Assembly: GCA_963829055.1 (NCBI GenBank)
Contig: CAWHHI010000020.1
Coordinates: 384,001-448,000, forward strand
Direction of reading: 5' to 3'
Length of the DNA: 64,000 bases
Source: an uncultured Gemmatimonadaceae bacterium
GTDB lineage: Bacteria; Gemmatimonadota; Gemmatimonadetes; Gemmatimonadales; Gemmatimonadaceae
Made by a program: the position numbers and the translations under genes. Positions within the stretch are counted from its first letter, which is position 1. Each line of letters begins with the position of its first letter. Shown here in pieces: positions 31,199 to 42,494 of the stretch. The notes under the pieces were generated by a model. The model ran no database searches. It was not told the DNA's origin and saw nothing but the letters and a program-made list of their open reading frames with translations.

Positions 31199-32203
31199 GT
31201 GCACATCAAACTGGCGGGCCTTTGCCTCGCGTTAGGCGCCGGAGTGGCCGAGGCGCAAAAAACCGATTCAGTTTGGATCCGCAACGGAGACCGGATCACC
31301 GGCGAGGTGAAGTCGCTCTCCCGGGCACTGCTCAAGTATTCCACCGATGACCTTGGCACGATTTACATCGAGTGGGACAAGGTCGCTCGAATCAGCAGCC
31401 CGGCCACGTACGAGGTGCAACTGAGCTCGGGGCAGAAGTACTTCGGAACCCTCGGGTTGTCTCGCGAAGGTACGTTGGTGATCGGCGTCGACACGCTTTC
31501 CCTGGTCGACATCGTGACGATCACGCCGATCAAGGGACAGCTGCTCTCACGCATTGACGGCTACCTGGATCTCGGATTCTCCTACCAGAAGGCCAACAAG
31601 ACGGTCCAGCTCACGAGCTCGGCGAGGGTCGTGTACCGGGGACCGCTCGCGGAGACCACCTTCGATATCACCACGTTCCGTGAGGATCGGGAAGACGCGG
31701 AGGAGACCGCACGACTCTCGACCAGCCTCACCGAGCGGTTGCTGCTCCCGGACCGCTGGAACACGGGGTTCGTTCTTGGCTACGACAGAAACGAAGAGCT
31801 GGATCTGGCGGGGCGCGGACGGCTCGTCGGTTTCGGAGGCCGGTCGCTCAACCGATCCAACCACATCGACGCCCGGGCCAGCGCAGGCCTCGTGCTCACG
31901 CGCGAGCGATACTTCTCCGTTGATTCGACGTCCACCGGCGTCGAGGGACTCGTCGGGATCTGGTTCGCCGCGTTTCGCTACGATCGTCCCAAGCTCGATG
32001 CCTCGCTGTCGAGCCAGGCCTATCCGAGCTTCACGGTGGATGGTCGAGTGCGATTGCAGAACGATCTCCGCGTGTCGTACGAGCTCGTGAAGGACTTCAT
32101 GCTCACCGTGACGTTGTTCGATTCGTACGACAGCAAGCCGCAGGCGGTGGGGGTCACCAAGAACGACTTCGGGACCACGCTCGCGATCAGCTGGACCTTC
32201 TGA
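31199..32203 (+). CDS. DUF481-like outer-membrane beta-barrel
   Basis: Signal peptide; RNGDRITGEV N-terminal domain; amphipathic strands; terminal ISWTF. Confidence 0.8.
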   Translation: MHIKLAGLCLALGAGVAEAQKTDSVWIRNGDRITGEVKSLSRALLKYSTDDLGTIYIEWDKVARISSPATYEVQLSSGQKYFGTLGLSREGTLVIGVDTLSLVDIVTITPIKGQLLSRIDGYLDLGFSYQKANKTVQLTSSARVVYRGPLAETTFDITTFREDREDAEETARLSTSLTERLLLPDRWNTGFVLGYDRNEELDLAGRGRLVGFGGRSLNRSNHIDARASAGLVLTRERYFSVDSTSTGVEGLVGIWFAAFRYDRPKLDASLSSQAYPSFTVDGRVRLQNDLRVSYELVKDFMLTVTLFDSYDSKPQAVGVTKNDFGTTLAISWTF

Positions 32204-32355
32204 GACCGTGCCACGTTAGGCGCGACAGAGCTCGGTGCAAGCGGGTTTGTGGAGACCGCGCGTTGGCGCGACCACCGCGCCGAGCGGTTCCCCGCCAACG
32301 GGGAGGACAATGGGCAGCGGTGACCGCACACCGGATCCCGCTCGGCGCCGACCGG

Positions 32356-32400
32356 TAACACGAAGGGCCAATGGTCAGCCCCCTGAACGCCGCCGATTGT
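32356..32400 (+). promoter_or_regulatory. Activator box plus promoter for the RND adaptor
   Basis: TAACAC-GAAG-GGCCAA, TGGTCA, 17 bp, GATTGT. Confidence 0.6.
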
Positions 32401-32503
32401 GCAGTGGTCGCGCCGGCCGATTGTGCTCGTGATTGGCCAGCGCGCGTCGTCGCGGGGATGACACCGTGCCCGCGACTACTCTCGAGGATCGGACGGCTTC
32501 GCC

Positions 32504-33661
32504 ATGGGGGCGCGTATGACGATATCGGGTTGGCGGTCAATGCCGGTACTGATCGCGTGTGTCGGTTTAAGCAGCTGCAAGGAGGCCCCACCGCCGGCGC
32601 CGCCTCCACCCGACGTCGTCGTTCAGCCGGTTGAAGTGCGCGACGCGCCGGTGCAGGCCGAGTTCACCGGTGTAGTCCGCGGCGGCGAGGATGTGGAGGT
32701 CCGAGCCCGAGTCGTCGGATTCCTTCAGTCGATGAACTATCGCGAGGGAACCGCGGTGACGAAGGGCCAACTGCTCTTCGTCATCGATCCCAAACCATTC
32801 GAGGCCACAGCCGCGGAGGCCCGCGCATCCGTGGCAGAAGCGAAAGCGCGACACGACCGGTCTGTGATTCAGGTCAACCGGCTCCGGCCGTTGGCAGCGC
32901 AGAACGCCGTGAGTCAGCAGGACCTCGACAACGCGTTAGCGGGCGAGGAAGCCACCCGCGCCGCCCAGGATGCCGCGCAGGCGCAGCTCACCAAAGGACT
33001 GCTCGACCTGAGCTACACACGGGTCACCAGCCCGATCAGCGGCACCGCGGGCAATCGCCTGGTCGACGTCGGATCGTTTGTCGGAACCCCGCAGCCCACG
33101 GTGCTCACCGTCGTGTCTTCGCTCGATCCGGTTCGCTTCGACTTCACGATTTCGGAGACCGAGTACCTCGCGCTTGCACGCTCGACCGCGAAGAACGGAC
33201 GAAAGCAACCGCCGTCGGAGGCTCCACTCGAGCTCGTTCTTGCTGACGGATCGATCCACCCACACAAGGGGCGGATCACGGTCGTCGGCCGCGGAGTCAG
33301 TGGAGAAACCGGCACGTTGCCGCTGCAGGCCAGCTTCCCCAATCCGGGCGGAGTCCTCCGCCCCGGCCAGTTCGGCCGCATACGACTCCCGATCACGACA
33401 CGCAAGAGCGCCATCGTGATCCCGCAACGCGCCGTGCAGGAGCTGCAAGGGACCTACAACGTTTTCGTCGTCGGTCCGGACAGCGTCGCCCAAACGCGCG
33501 AAGTCAAGGTCGCCAATCGGATCGGCAGCGACTGGGTCGTTTCCGAAGGTCTCGAGCCCGCCGACCGGATCGTGGTCGAGGGGCTGCAGAAGGTGCGTCC
33601 CGGTACGAAGGTGCGGCCGACGGCGAAGCTCGCAGCGCAGGACTCCGCGACCACGCGCTGA
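32504..33661 (+). CDS. RND efflux periplasmic adaptor (AcrA/MexA-like lipoprotein)
   Basis: Lipobox LSSC; VEVRARVVG, LSYTRVTSPISG, LRPGQF, IPQRAV, VEGLQKVRPG. Confidence 0.93.
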   Translation: MGARMTISGWRSMPVLIACVGLSSCKEAPPPAPPPPDVVVQPVEVRDAPVQAEFTGVVRGGEDVEVRARVVGFLQSMNYREGTAVTKGQLLFVIDPKPFEATAAEARASVAEAKARHDRSVIQVNRLRPLAAQNAVSQQDLDNALAGEEATRAAQDAAQAQLTKGLLDLSYTRVTSPISGTAGNRLVDVGSFVGTPQPTVLTVVSSLDPVRFDFTISETEYLALARSTAKNGRKQPPSEAPLELVLADGSIHPHKGRITVVGRGVSGETGTLPLQASFPNPGGVLRPGQFGRIRLPITTRKSAIVIPQRAVQELQGTYNVFVVGPDSVAQTREVKVANRIGSDWVVSEGLEPADRIVVEGLQKVRPGTKVRPTAKLAAQDSATTR

Positions 33662-33681
33662 TTCATTCGCGGAGTTCGTAT

Positions 33682-33720
33682 CCGGCGACCGATCGCGACG
33701 ATCGGTCGCCGGCATCGTTT
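33682..33720 (+). terminator. Perfect 14-bp stem-loop after the adaptor gene
   Basis: CCGGCGACCGATCG-CGA-CGATCGGTCGCCGG followed by CATCGTTTT. Confidence 0.55.
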
Positions 33721-33772
33721 TGCTCATCTCATATGTAAGGCGTCGCCCGACGCCCGTGTCGGATTTCCCCCA

Positions 33773-33788
33773 TGGCACGATAGGCCAA
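33773..33788 (+). promoter_or_regulatory. Box variant upstream of the porin-decarboxylase operon
   Basis: TGGCAC-GATA-GGCCAA then TTGTGG; no -10 at the standard spacing. Confidence 0.45.
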
Positions 33789-33919
33789 TTGTGGCGTGGG
33801 TGCCACTGCGGACAGTACACCATGCGAGAATGGACCGGGCAGGCGACTCCATCAGTCGCCGGTTCCTCCCGGTTGTTGCCTAACGATGCTGGCACCACGT
33901 CGTATCTCGAGGAGCAACG

Positions 33920-35254
33920 ATGACGCATTGGTGGGCGGTACCGCTCGGACTCCTGTTCGTCGCGAGCACAGCGCCGGCGCAAAACCAGACGCACGACACC
34001 ACGTCGGCCCGGGCGACGGGGCTGCCGAAGAAGATCCAGTGGAAGTTCAACTTCGACGCCGGCGTCGGCGCATTCGGATTCGGGAACTCGCTCTACACCG
34101 ACGCGCGCCCCGACCCGTCCGGAGACCTCGGCGACGACTGGGTGGAGAGCTTCGCGAAGCCTGCGCTCTCCGCCGAGTACGCGCTCAGGACCGGCACGCT
34201 CTACGGCGCGGCGAGCGTCGTCGGCGAGCGCACGTTCGCCGCTCCCCCGTCGATCGTTGGTGAAGACGCATCGTCCTTCCAGGTCGAGGACATGTACATC
34301 GGCTGGAAATCCGGGAAGGCGCTGAGCATCGGCGAGGACGCGCTCGACTTGAGAGTGGGGCGATCCCAATATCGCATCGGGCAGGGCTTCCTCCTGTGGG
34401 ACGGTGGCGGCGAAGGCGGCAGCCGGGGAGGATTCTGGAGCAACGCGCGCAAGGCGTGGGAGTTCGCCGGAATCGCGCGCTTCAAGCCGAAGACACAACA
34501 CGCTCGAGGCATTCTACCTCGACCGCGATGAGGTCCCCGAAACGAAGACCGGAACCCACGTGTTCGGGGCGAACTACGAGCTCGCCATGGGCGAATCCAA
34601 CACGATCGGCGCGACGTACCTGGGGCTGACGTCCGATTCGCTGCCGAACCGCGACGGCATGTCGGTCTACAACCTCCGCGCGTACCTCTCACCGTTCAAG
34701 CGGCTGGCCGGCCTCTCGTTAGGTGCGGAGTACGCCAACGAGGACAACGGGAGCGCGCTGAGCTCGACCGCGTGGATGGCGCAGGCCGCGTACGAGCTCG
34801 GCAGCGTCGACTGGAAGCCGAAGGTCTCCTACCGCTACGCGTACTTCAAGGGCGACGACCCATCGACGGAGAAGAGCGAAGCGTTCGATCCGCTGTTCCT
34901 CGGCTTCTCCGACTGGGGCACGTGGTGGCAGGGCGAGATCGCGGGGGAGTACTTCCTGTCCAACTCGAACCTGATCTCGCACACGGTGCGCCTCCACTTC
35001 ACGCCGACCGAGTCGTTAGGCACCGGCTTCCTGGGATTCGTGTTCCAGAACGACCAGCCCGCGTCGTTCGGCCCCAACGTGACCTCCAAGAACATCGCGT
35101 CGGAGCTCGACGGTACGCCGACTGGAAGTTCAACAGCAACTTCACCGCGAGCTTCGTGCTGGCGTACGGGAACCCGCAGGAAGCGTTGGCGCAGGGGTAC
35201 GGCCGAACCAGCAACTTCACCTACGGGATGTTGTATCTCGCCTATGCGTATTGA
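33920..35254 (+). CDS. Alginate-export (AlgE-like) family outer-membrane porin; frameshifts near 34495 and 35113
   Basis: Signal peptide; VGRSQYRIGQGFLLWDG; YFKGDDPST...AFDPLF; WWQGEIAGEY; terminal YLAYAY. Confidence 0.75.
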
Positions 35255-35277
35255 CCGACTCCGCGGGAGGACCCGCC

Positions 35278-37641
35278 ATGATTGAACACACCTCGAGGCC
35301 ACTGACCCGGCGGGTGCTCATCGTCGACGACGAGCTGACCCATCCGACATCGGCGGGCGGCCACGCCGTCCAGGGTCTGGCGAACGAGTTGCGGGGGCGC
35401 GGCATGGAAGTCGTCGCGGCGAGCTCCTGCGAAGATGGCCTTGCCACCGTCGTCTCCGATTCCGCGATCCACTGCGTGTTCGTCAACTGGACCCTCGGCA
35501 AGGAAAACGGGAACGGCGAGCCGGAGAACGGCGGCGGGAACGACGGGGGAAACGGCGGCGGTCAGTCACGGATCACGCGGAGGCCGTGGAGCTGCTGAGA
35601 ACCCTTCGGTCCCGCAACGCGAAAGTCCCTGTCTTTCTGATGGCTGATCGAAAGGTCGCGGGCACGGTCACGGTCGAAGTCGCGACCATGGCCGACGAGT
35701 TCGTGTTCACGCTCGAAGACACCGCGTCGTTCGTTGCCGGACGCGCGGCGGCGTCGATCGATCGCTACCTCCAGGGCCTGCTTCCCCCGTTCGCCGCCGC
35801 GCTCGCGGCGTACCAGCAGGAGCGGGAGTACTCGTGGGCGGCGCCCGGCCACCAGGGCGGCGTCGCGTTCCTCAAGTCGCCCGTCGGTCGCGCGTTCTTC
35901 GACTTCTACGGCGAGAATCTGTTTCGCACCGACATGGGGATCGAGCGCGGCGCGTTAGGCTCGCTGTTGGGGCACACCGGTCCGATCGGCGAGAGCGAGC
36001 GATACGCCGCGCACGTGTTCGGCGCCCACCGGTCGTACTCCGTGTTGAACGGGACGTCCGGCTCCAACCGGGCCATCATGTCGGCCTGTGTCGGCGATGC
36101 CGAGATCGCGCTCTGCGACCGCAACTGCCACAAGTCCATCGAGCAGGGGCTCGTGCTCACCGGCGGGATCCCGGTGTTCCTCGGCGCCGACGCGCAACCG
36201 CTTCGGCATCATCGGACCGATTCCGCCGGAGCGCCTCGCGCCTAACGCCATCGCGAAGGCCATCGCCGACAACCCTCTCGCGAAGAACGCCGCCAGCGCG
36301 CGCCCCGTCTACGCCGTCGTCACGAACTGCACGTACGACGGGATGTGCTACGACGCCGCGGACGCCGAGGCGATACTCGCGAAGAGCGTCGATCGCATCC
36401 ACTTCGACGAGGCGTGGTACGGCTACGCACGGTTCAATCCGATGTACCACGATCGGTACGCGATGCGTGGCAATCCGGCCGAGCATCCGGCGGACGGCCC
36501 CACGGTGTTCGCCACGCACTCCACGCACAAATTGCTGGCGGCACTGTCGCAGACGTCGTACATCCACATCCGCGACGGCCGCGGCGCCATCGACCATGGC
36601 CGCTTCAACGAGGCCTACTGCTCGCAGGCCAGCACGTCGCCGCTCTATGCGCTGATCGCATCGAACGACGTCGCGTCCGCCATGATGGACGGCCCGGGCG
36701 GGCACGCCCTGACGCAGGACGTCATCGACGAGGCCGTCGCCTGTCGCCTGGCCGTCGCCCGCGTCAGGCAGGAGTTCCTCACCAAGAAGGAGTGGTTCTT
36801 CGCGCCGTGGAACGCGGAGGAGATCCAGGACCCCGCGAGCGGCAAGCGCGTCCCGTTCCACCGCGCGTCGCCGGAGCTGCTCGCCACGAACCCGTCCTGC
36901 TGGGTGCTGCATCCGAACGAGAGCTGGCACGGGTTCGAGGGCATCCCCGACAACTGGTGCATGCTCGACCCGATCAAGTTCGGCATCGTGTGCCCGGGCA
37001 TGAAAGCGGACGGGCAGCTCGCGGACAAAGGCATCCCGGCCGACATCGTCACGGCCTATCTCGGTCGCCACGGCATCATCCCGTCGCGCACGACCGACCA
37101 CATGGTGTTGTTCCTGTTCTCGGTCGGCATCACCAAGGGCAAGTGGGGAACGCTCCTCAACACCCTGCTGGATTTCAAAGCCGACTACGACGCCAACGTA
37201 CCGCTCGGCCTGGTCCTTCCGCGGCTCGTGAGTGCCGCCCCCGACCGCTACGCGGGAATGGGATTGAAGGATCTCGGCGATGAGATGTGGGCGCACATGA
37301 AGAAGAACCGGCAGGGACACTGGCAGGCGCAGGCCTACGCCGGCCTCCCGACGCCGAAGATGACACCGCGGCGCGCCTTCCAGCAGCTGATGGCCGGCAA
37401 TGCGGAGAAGGTTCCGCTGGATCAGATGGCGAACCGCGTCGTCGCGGTCGGCGTGATTCCCTACCCACCCGGCATTCCGATTGTCATGCCGGGAGAAAGC
37501 GTCGGCGAGACCGACGGTCCGTGGCTCACCTACCTGCGCACGCTACAGGAATACGGCCATCGCTTCCCTGGCTTTGCCAAGGAAGTCGAGGGCACGGAGG
37601 AACGTAATGGCGTCTACCACATCTACTGCGTCACGAACTGA
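35278..37641 (+). CDS. adiA: Arginine decarboxylase (AdiA-type, PLP fold I with wing domain); frameshifts near 35570 and 36185
   Basis: EYSWAAPGHQGG, GENLFRTDMGIER, DRNCHKS, HFDEAW, PTVFATHSTHKLL, PYPPGIP. Confidence 0.85.
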
Positions 37642-37865
37642 GGGTCGACGTAGTCCGGCGCACGAGACCGTCGTACGCGAGCCGCCGGTACGCGAGACCG
37701 CCGCGGCGGGCGGCGCGACACGACCACGACGGAGTTCGCGGTCGCGAGCCCGGCCATCCCGATCCCGTTTCATCGACTGCTCAAAGTGGTGGCGCTGGTG
37801 GATCGCGAAGATCCACAGACGCGACAGCTGCTCGATCACATCGCCGAGAGAAGTTCGAGATCGAG

Positions 37866-40088
37866 GTGAGCACGCGCTACGACCGCGATGTCGCCGAAGA
37901 TGCGGATGTCGGCGCCTACATCGTGCTGGTCGACGGCGACCATCGTGAGCAGGCGCGCGATCTCGGGCGCGCCGTTCGCGCGTTAGGCTTCCGCACGCCG
38001 CTCTGGGCGCTCGCCGATTCCCATCAGATTGCCGACGTGGCCGTGTTGGCCGGCACCGGCGAGGTGGACGGCTACATCTATCTCGGCCAGCAGACGCCCG
38101 CGTTCTACGCCAAGCAGGTGGTGGCGAGCCTCGTACACTACGGGATGAGCCTGCTGCCCCCGTTCTTCGGCGGCCTCGCGGCCTACGACGGGGAAGCCAA
38201 CGTCACGTTCGCCTGCCCGGGGCATCAAGGCGGCCAGTTCTACCGACACTCTCCGGCCGGTCAGCTCTTCTTCAAGCACTTCGGCGAGCGCGTGTTCCGC
38301 AATGATCTGTGCAACGCCGACGTCGACCTGGGCGACCTGCTGATTCACGAGGGCCTCGCGGCGCAGGCGGAGCGTCACGCGGCGCGCGTGTTCGGCGCCG
38401 ACCGCACCTACTTCGTGCTGAACGGCACCAGCAGCTCGAACAAGGTCGTCACCAACGCGGTCCTGCGCCGCGGGGATCTCGTGCTCTTCGACCGGAACAA
38501 CCACAAGTCGCTCCATCAGGGCGCGCTGGTGCAGGCCGGCGCGATTCCAGTCTTCCTGCCCACGTCGCGCAACCCGTTCGGGATGATCGGTGCCGTCGAT
38601 TGGGACGCGTGGGACGAGGACTATCTCCGGGACCACATCCGGACGAACCCGCTCGTGACGGATCCCGAGCGGTACAAGGCGGAACGGCCCTTCCGGCTCG
38701 CGTGCATCCAGCTCGCGACGTACGACGGCACGGTCTACAACGTCCGGAAGGTCATGGAGAAGATCGGGCACCTGTGCGAATACGTGCTCTGGGACGAGGC
38801 CTGGATCGGCTACAACGCGTTCCATCCGCTGTTCGCGGACCACAGCCCGATGCGCCTAACGACGCTCGGACCCGAGATGCCCGGCCTGTTCTCCACCCAG
38901 TCGGTGCACAAGCAGGGCGCGGGGTTCTCGCAGGCGTCCCAGATCCACAAACGCGACGAGCACATCAGCGGGCAGCGGCGGTTCATCGACCACAAGCGGT
39001 TCAACGAGTCGTTCCTGATGAACGCGTCGACGTCGCCGTTCTATCCGCTCTTCGCCTCGCTGGACGTGAACGCCAAGATCCACGAGGGCAAGGCCGGCGA
39101 GATGCTCTGGGACCGCTGCATCACGCTCGGCATCGAGGTTCGGAAGAAGCTCCGCGAATTCGGCGCGTTCTACGGACGCACCGGCCAGAGCGCCGACGAG
39201 CAGTGGTTCTTCGATCCGTTCGTGCCGGACGTGGTGACGATCCGCAATTCGCGGTTCACCGAGGACGCGACCGACGTGCCGTGGCAGGACCTCCCCACGG
39301 ACGTGCTGCGGCAGGAGCAGCAATGCTGGACGTTCGACCCGCGGAGCAAGTGGCACGGGTACGCCGGCTACGCCGACGGCTACGCGATGGTCGATCCGAA
39401 CAAGCTGACGCTGCTCACGCCGGGCATCGACCGCCTAACGGGTGAGTACCTGGATTTCGGCGTGCCGGCCACCGTGGTCGCGAACTACCTGCGCGAACAG
39501 CACGTCATCCCGGAGAAGTGCGATCTCAACAGCATTCTCTTCCTGATGACGCCGGCGGAAGACGAGAGCAAGCTGAACACGCTGATCGCGAAGCTCGTGA
39601 AGTTCAAGAACCTCTGGGATCGGGACGCTCCGCTCGCCGAGGTCCTGCCGACGCTCTGCACGAACCATCGGGAGCGCTACGCAGGCTACACGCTCCGTCA
39701 GGTGTGCAACGAGATGCACGGCTTCTACCGAGCGGAAAACGTCAAAGGGCTACAGCGGGCCTGCTTCCGGGATTCGAGTTTCCCGGAGCTCGCGATGTCG
39801 CCGAAGGATGCATACGAGGCACTGGTCGCCAACGAGGTGGACTACGTGCCGCTGGACGCGATGAAGGGTCGCATCGCTGCGACGCTCGCGCTGATCTACC
39901 CGCCAGGAATCGGAGTCGTGGTTCCGGGTGAGCGGTGGGACGAGCGCGCGCAGCCGATGCTCGACTACTTCATGGCGTTTCAGGAGTCGTTCAATCGGTT
40001 CCCCGGGTTCAACTACGAAGTGCAGGGTGTCTACCAGGAGCGGATCAATGGGCGCATCAAATTCTACACTTACGCCGTCCGGCAGTAG
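37866..40088 (+). CDS. speF: Ornithine decarboxylase (SpeF/SpeC type); N-terminus probably extends to about 37765 or earlier across a frameshift
   Basis: FACPGHQGG, DLCNADVDLGDLLIHEG, DRNNHKS, STQSVHKQ, STSPFYPLFASLDVNA; directly followed by potE. Confidence 0.88.
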   Translation: MSTRYDRDVAEDADVGAYIVLVDGDHREQARDLGRAVRALGFRTPLWALADSHQIADVAVLAGTGEVDGYIYLGQQTPAFYAKQVVASLVHYGMSLLPPFFGGLAAYDGEANVTFACPGHQGGQFYRHSPAGQLFFKHFGERVFRNDLCNADVDLGDLLIHEGLAAQAERHAARVFGADRTYFVLNGTSSSNKVVTNAVLRRGDLVLFDRNNHKSLHQGALVQAGAIPVFLPTSRNPFGMIGAVDWDAWDEDYLRDHIRTNPLVTDPERYKAERPFRLACIQLATYDGTVYNVRKVMEKIGHLCEYVLWDEAWIGYNAFHPLFADHSPMRLTTLGPEMPGLFSTQSVHKQGAGFSQASQIHKRDEHISGQRRFIDHKRFNESFLMNASTSPFYPLFASLDVNAKIHEGKAGEMLWDRCITLGIEVRKKLREFGAFYGRTGQSADEQWFFDPFVPDVVTIRNSRFTEDATDVPWQDLPTDVLRQEQQCWTFDPRSKWHGYAGYADGYAMVDPNKLTLLTPGIDRLTGEYLDFGVPATVVANYLREQHVIPEKCDLNSILFLMTPAEDESKLNTLIAKLVKFKNLWDRDAPLAEVLPTLCTNHRERYAGYTLRQVCNEMHGFYRAENVKGLQRACFRDSSFPELAMSPKDAYEALVANEVDYVPLDAMKGRIAATLALIYPPGIGVVVPGERWDERAQPMLDYFMAFQESFNRFPGFNYEVQGVYQERINGRIKFYTYAVRQ

Positions 40089-40146
40089 CCTGACCCTCCC
40101 TGAGACGGGGGTCGCGAAAGGGACGGCCGCGAAGGCAGCAAAGAAG

Positions 40147-41469
40147 ATGAGTCTGATGCAGCTCACGTTCATCGTCGCGGTGAACATGATGGGCTCGGGC
40201 ATCATCATGCTGCCGACGAACATGGCCAAGGTCGGCGCCATCTCACTGCTGTCGTGGATCGTGACGGCGTTAGGCTCGATGGCCATCGCCTACGGGTTCG
40301 CGCAGGCCGGCCTCTTCAACCAGCGCAGCGGTGGCATGTCCGCGTACGCCGAGGACGCGTACGGGAAGCCGGGCTACTTCAACGTGTTCTACCTGTACTT
40401 CGTGTCGCTCGCGATAGGCAACGTGGCGATCGCCATCTCCGCCGTCGGCTACCTGGCGAGCTTCTTCCCCTGGCTCTCCGCGACGCCCATCGCGACGACG
40501 ATCGGCGTCATCGGACTGATCTGGGTCACGACGCTCGCGAACTTCGGCGGACCGAGCGTGACCGGAAAGATCGGCTCCATCACGGTCTGGGGGGTCATCC
40601 TGCCGGTCGGACTGCTGTCGTTCATCGGCTGGTTCTGGTTCAGCGCCGATACGTTCAGGGCGGCCTGGAACCCGCAGGGCATGAGCATTGGCGCAGGCCT
40701 GGGCTCGAGCATCGCGCTGACGCTGTGGGCGTTCCTGGGGATGGAGTCCGCGGCGCAGAACTCGTCCGCCGTCGAGAATCCGAAGCGCGACGTGCCGCTC
40801 GCGTGCCTGTTCGGCACGCTCGGAGCCGCGGTGATCTACATCCTCTCCACCACGGTGATCCAGGGCATCGTGCCTAACGCCGAGCTGGCGAAGTCGACGG
40901 GGCCGTTCGGACTCGCCTACGCGCACATGTTCAACCCGATCATCGGCTCGATCGTGATGGGGCTGGCCGTTCTCGCCTGCCTGGGTTCACTGCTCGGGTG
41001 GCAGTTCACCATCGCGATGACCGGGAAGTCCGCGGCGGACGAGCGGATGTTCCCGACCTTCTTCACGAAGATGAACGGCATGGGCGCGCCGGTCACGGGC
41101 ATGATCGTCATGGCCGTCGTGCAGTCCCTGATGGCGCTGTCGACCATCTCGCCCAGCCTGAGCGAGCAGTTCAGCGTGCTGGTGAACCTGGCTGTCGTCA
41201 CCAACGTGATCCCGTACATCGTCGCCCTGTCGGCGCTGCCGCTGATGATGAAGAGGGCCAACGTCGAGCAGAGCAAGTACCGGTTCAATGTGGCGATCGC
41301 GGTCGTCGCGATGCTGTACAGCACGTACGCCATCTTCGCGTCCGGCAAGGACGCGGTACTCGGAGGGACCCTCGTGATGGCCATCGGCTTCATCATCTGG
41401 GGATTCATCGCATCCCGCTTCGCACCGCCACGCGACCCCGCCGCGAAGCCGGCGACGGCACCGGCGTGA
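40147..41469 (+). CDS. potE: Putrescine:ornithine antiporter
   Basis: QLTFIVAVNMMGSGIIMLP, LWAFLGMESA, VNLAVVTNVIPY; APC-family TM pattern. Confidence 0.9.
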   Translation: MSLMQLTFIVAVNMMGSGIIMLPTNMAKVGAISLLSWIVTALGSMAIAYGFAQAGLFNQRSGGMSAYAEDAYGKPGYFNVFYLYFVSLAIGNVAIAISAVGYLASFFPWLSATPIATTIGVIGLIWVTTLANFGGPSVTGKIGSITVWGVILPVGLLSFIGWFWFSADTFRAAWNPQGMSIGAGLGSSIALTLWAFLGMESAAQNSSAVENPKRDVPLACLFGTLGAAVIYILSTTVIQGIVPNAELAKSTGPFGLAYAHMFNPIIGSIVMGLAVLACLGSLLGWQFTIAMTGKSAADERMFPTFFTKMNGMGAPVTGMIVMAVVQSLMALSTISPSLSEQFSVLVNLAVVTNVIPYIVALSALPLMMKRANVEQSKYRFNVAIAVVAMLYSTYAIFASGKDAVLGGTLVMAIGFIIWGFIASRFAPPRDPAAKPATAPA

Positions 41470-41494
41470 GGAACAACGGCACAGGAGAAATTCC

Positions 41495-42469
41495 ATGTTA
41501 CGCATAGCCTCATTGACGGCCTCGGACTGGCAGCGGTTCTGGATTGCGAGCTGCGTGATCGCGGGGATCGCCACGCCGGATGCCGGCCACGCGCAGACGA
41601 AGAAGAAAGCCGCCGCGCCACCAGCGGCGGCCGCCGCGGCGACGACGCTGGACCGGGTCCGCTCGAGCGGGACGCTCAAGCTCGGGTATCGCATCGACGC
41701 GAAGCCCTTCTCCTACCAGGAGCCTAACAAGCCGGCCGGATACTCCATCGAGATCTGTCAGAACCTGGCCGACATGGTCAAGAGCGAGCTGAACCTGCCC
41801 GCGCTCAACGTGCAGTGGGTGCCTGTGACGGTGGAGAATCAGCTCAAGGCCGTCGAGCAGCACGACATCGACGTCATGTGCGGATCGATGAGTGTCACGC
41901 TGGAGCGACGGAAGCAGGTGGACTTCTCCTCCCCGATCTTCCCCGGCGGCGTCGGCGTCGTGGTTCGGTCCAACGCGCCGAAGCAGCTGCGCAACATTCT
42001 CTCGGGGCAAGCGCAGGAATTCCGACCGACCTGGCGAGCGGTGGCGCTCAACATTCTGCGGGAGCAGACGTTCGCCACGGTGCCCGGGACCACGGCCCAG
42101 CAGTGGCTGACCCAGCGCGGGGAGGAGCTTCAGGTACAGTCGCACACGGTCCCGGCGGAGAGCTACGAGGCGGGCATCAAGGCCGTTCAGAGCGGGCAGG
42201 CGAGCGCCTTCTTCGCGGAGCGGGCCGCCCTGCTCGACGAGGTACGACGGAGCTCGTCGGACGACCTGACCGTGATCGACCGGCAGTTCACGTTCGAGCC
42301 GCTGGCGTTGGCGGTCGCGCGTGGCGACGACGATTTCCGCCTGCTGGTGGACCGGAGCCTGAGCCGGTTCTACAACGGGCCGGGATTCGGGGCCACGTAC
42401 ACGAAGTGGTTCGGCAAGCCCGATGAGACGGCAAAGAATTTCTTCCGATGGAACGCCTTACCCGAATGA
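41495..42469 (+). CDS. Amino-acid solute-binding protein (family 3, GltI-like)
   Basis: TLDRVRSSGTLKLGYRIDAKPFSY, ERRKQVDFS, FRLLVDRSL; no permease or ATPase adjacent. Confidence 0.88.
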   Translation: MLRIASLTASDWQRFWIASCVIAGIATPDAGHAQTKKKAAAPPAAAAAATTLDRVRSSGTLKLGYRIDAKPFSYQEPNKPAGYSIEICQNLADMVKSELNLPALNVQWVPVTVENQLKAVEQHDIDVMCGSMSVTLERRKQVDFSSPIFPGGVGVVVRSNAPKQLRNILSGQAQEFRPTWRAVALNILREQTFATVPGTTAQQWLTQRGEELQVQSHTVPAESYEAGIKAVQSGQASAFFAERAALLDEVRRSSSDDLTVIDRQFTFEPLALAVARGDDDFRLLVDRSLSRFYNGPGFGATYTKWFGKPDETAKNFFRWNALPE

Positions 42470-42494
42470 GTCAGACCTCAAGGGGGTCGTTGAT

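Noticed and set aside
37655..37706. Imperfect ACGCGAGACCG-like repeats between adiA and speF
   Set aside because: Short and degenerate; may just encode a low-complexity N-terminus of the frameshifted speF
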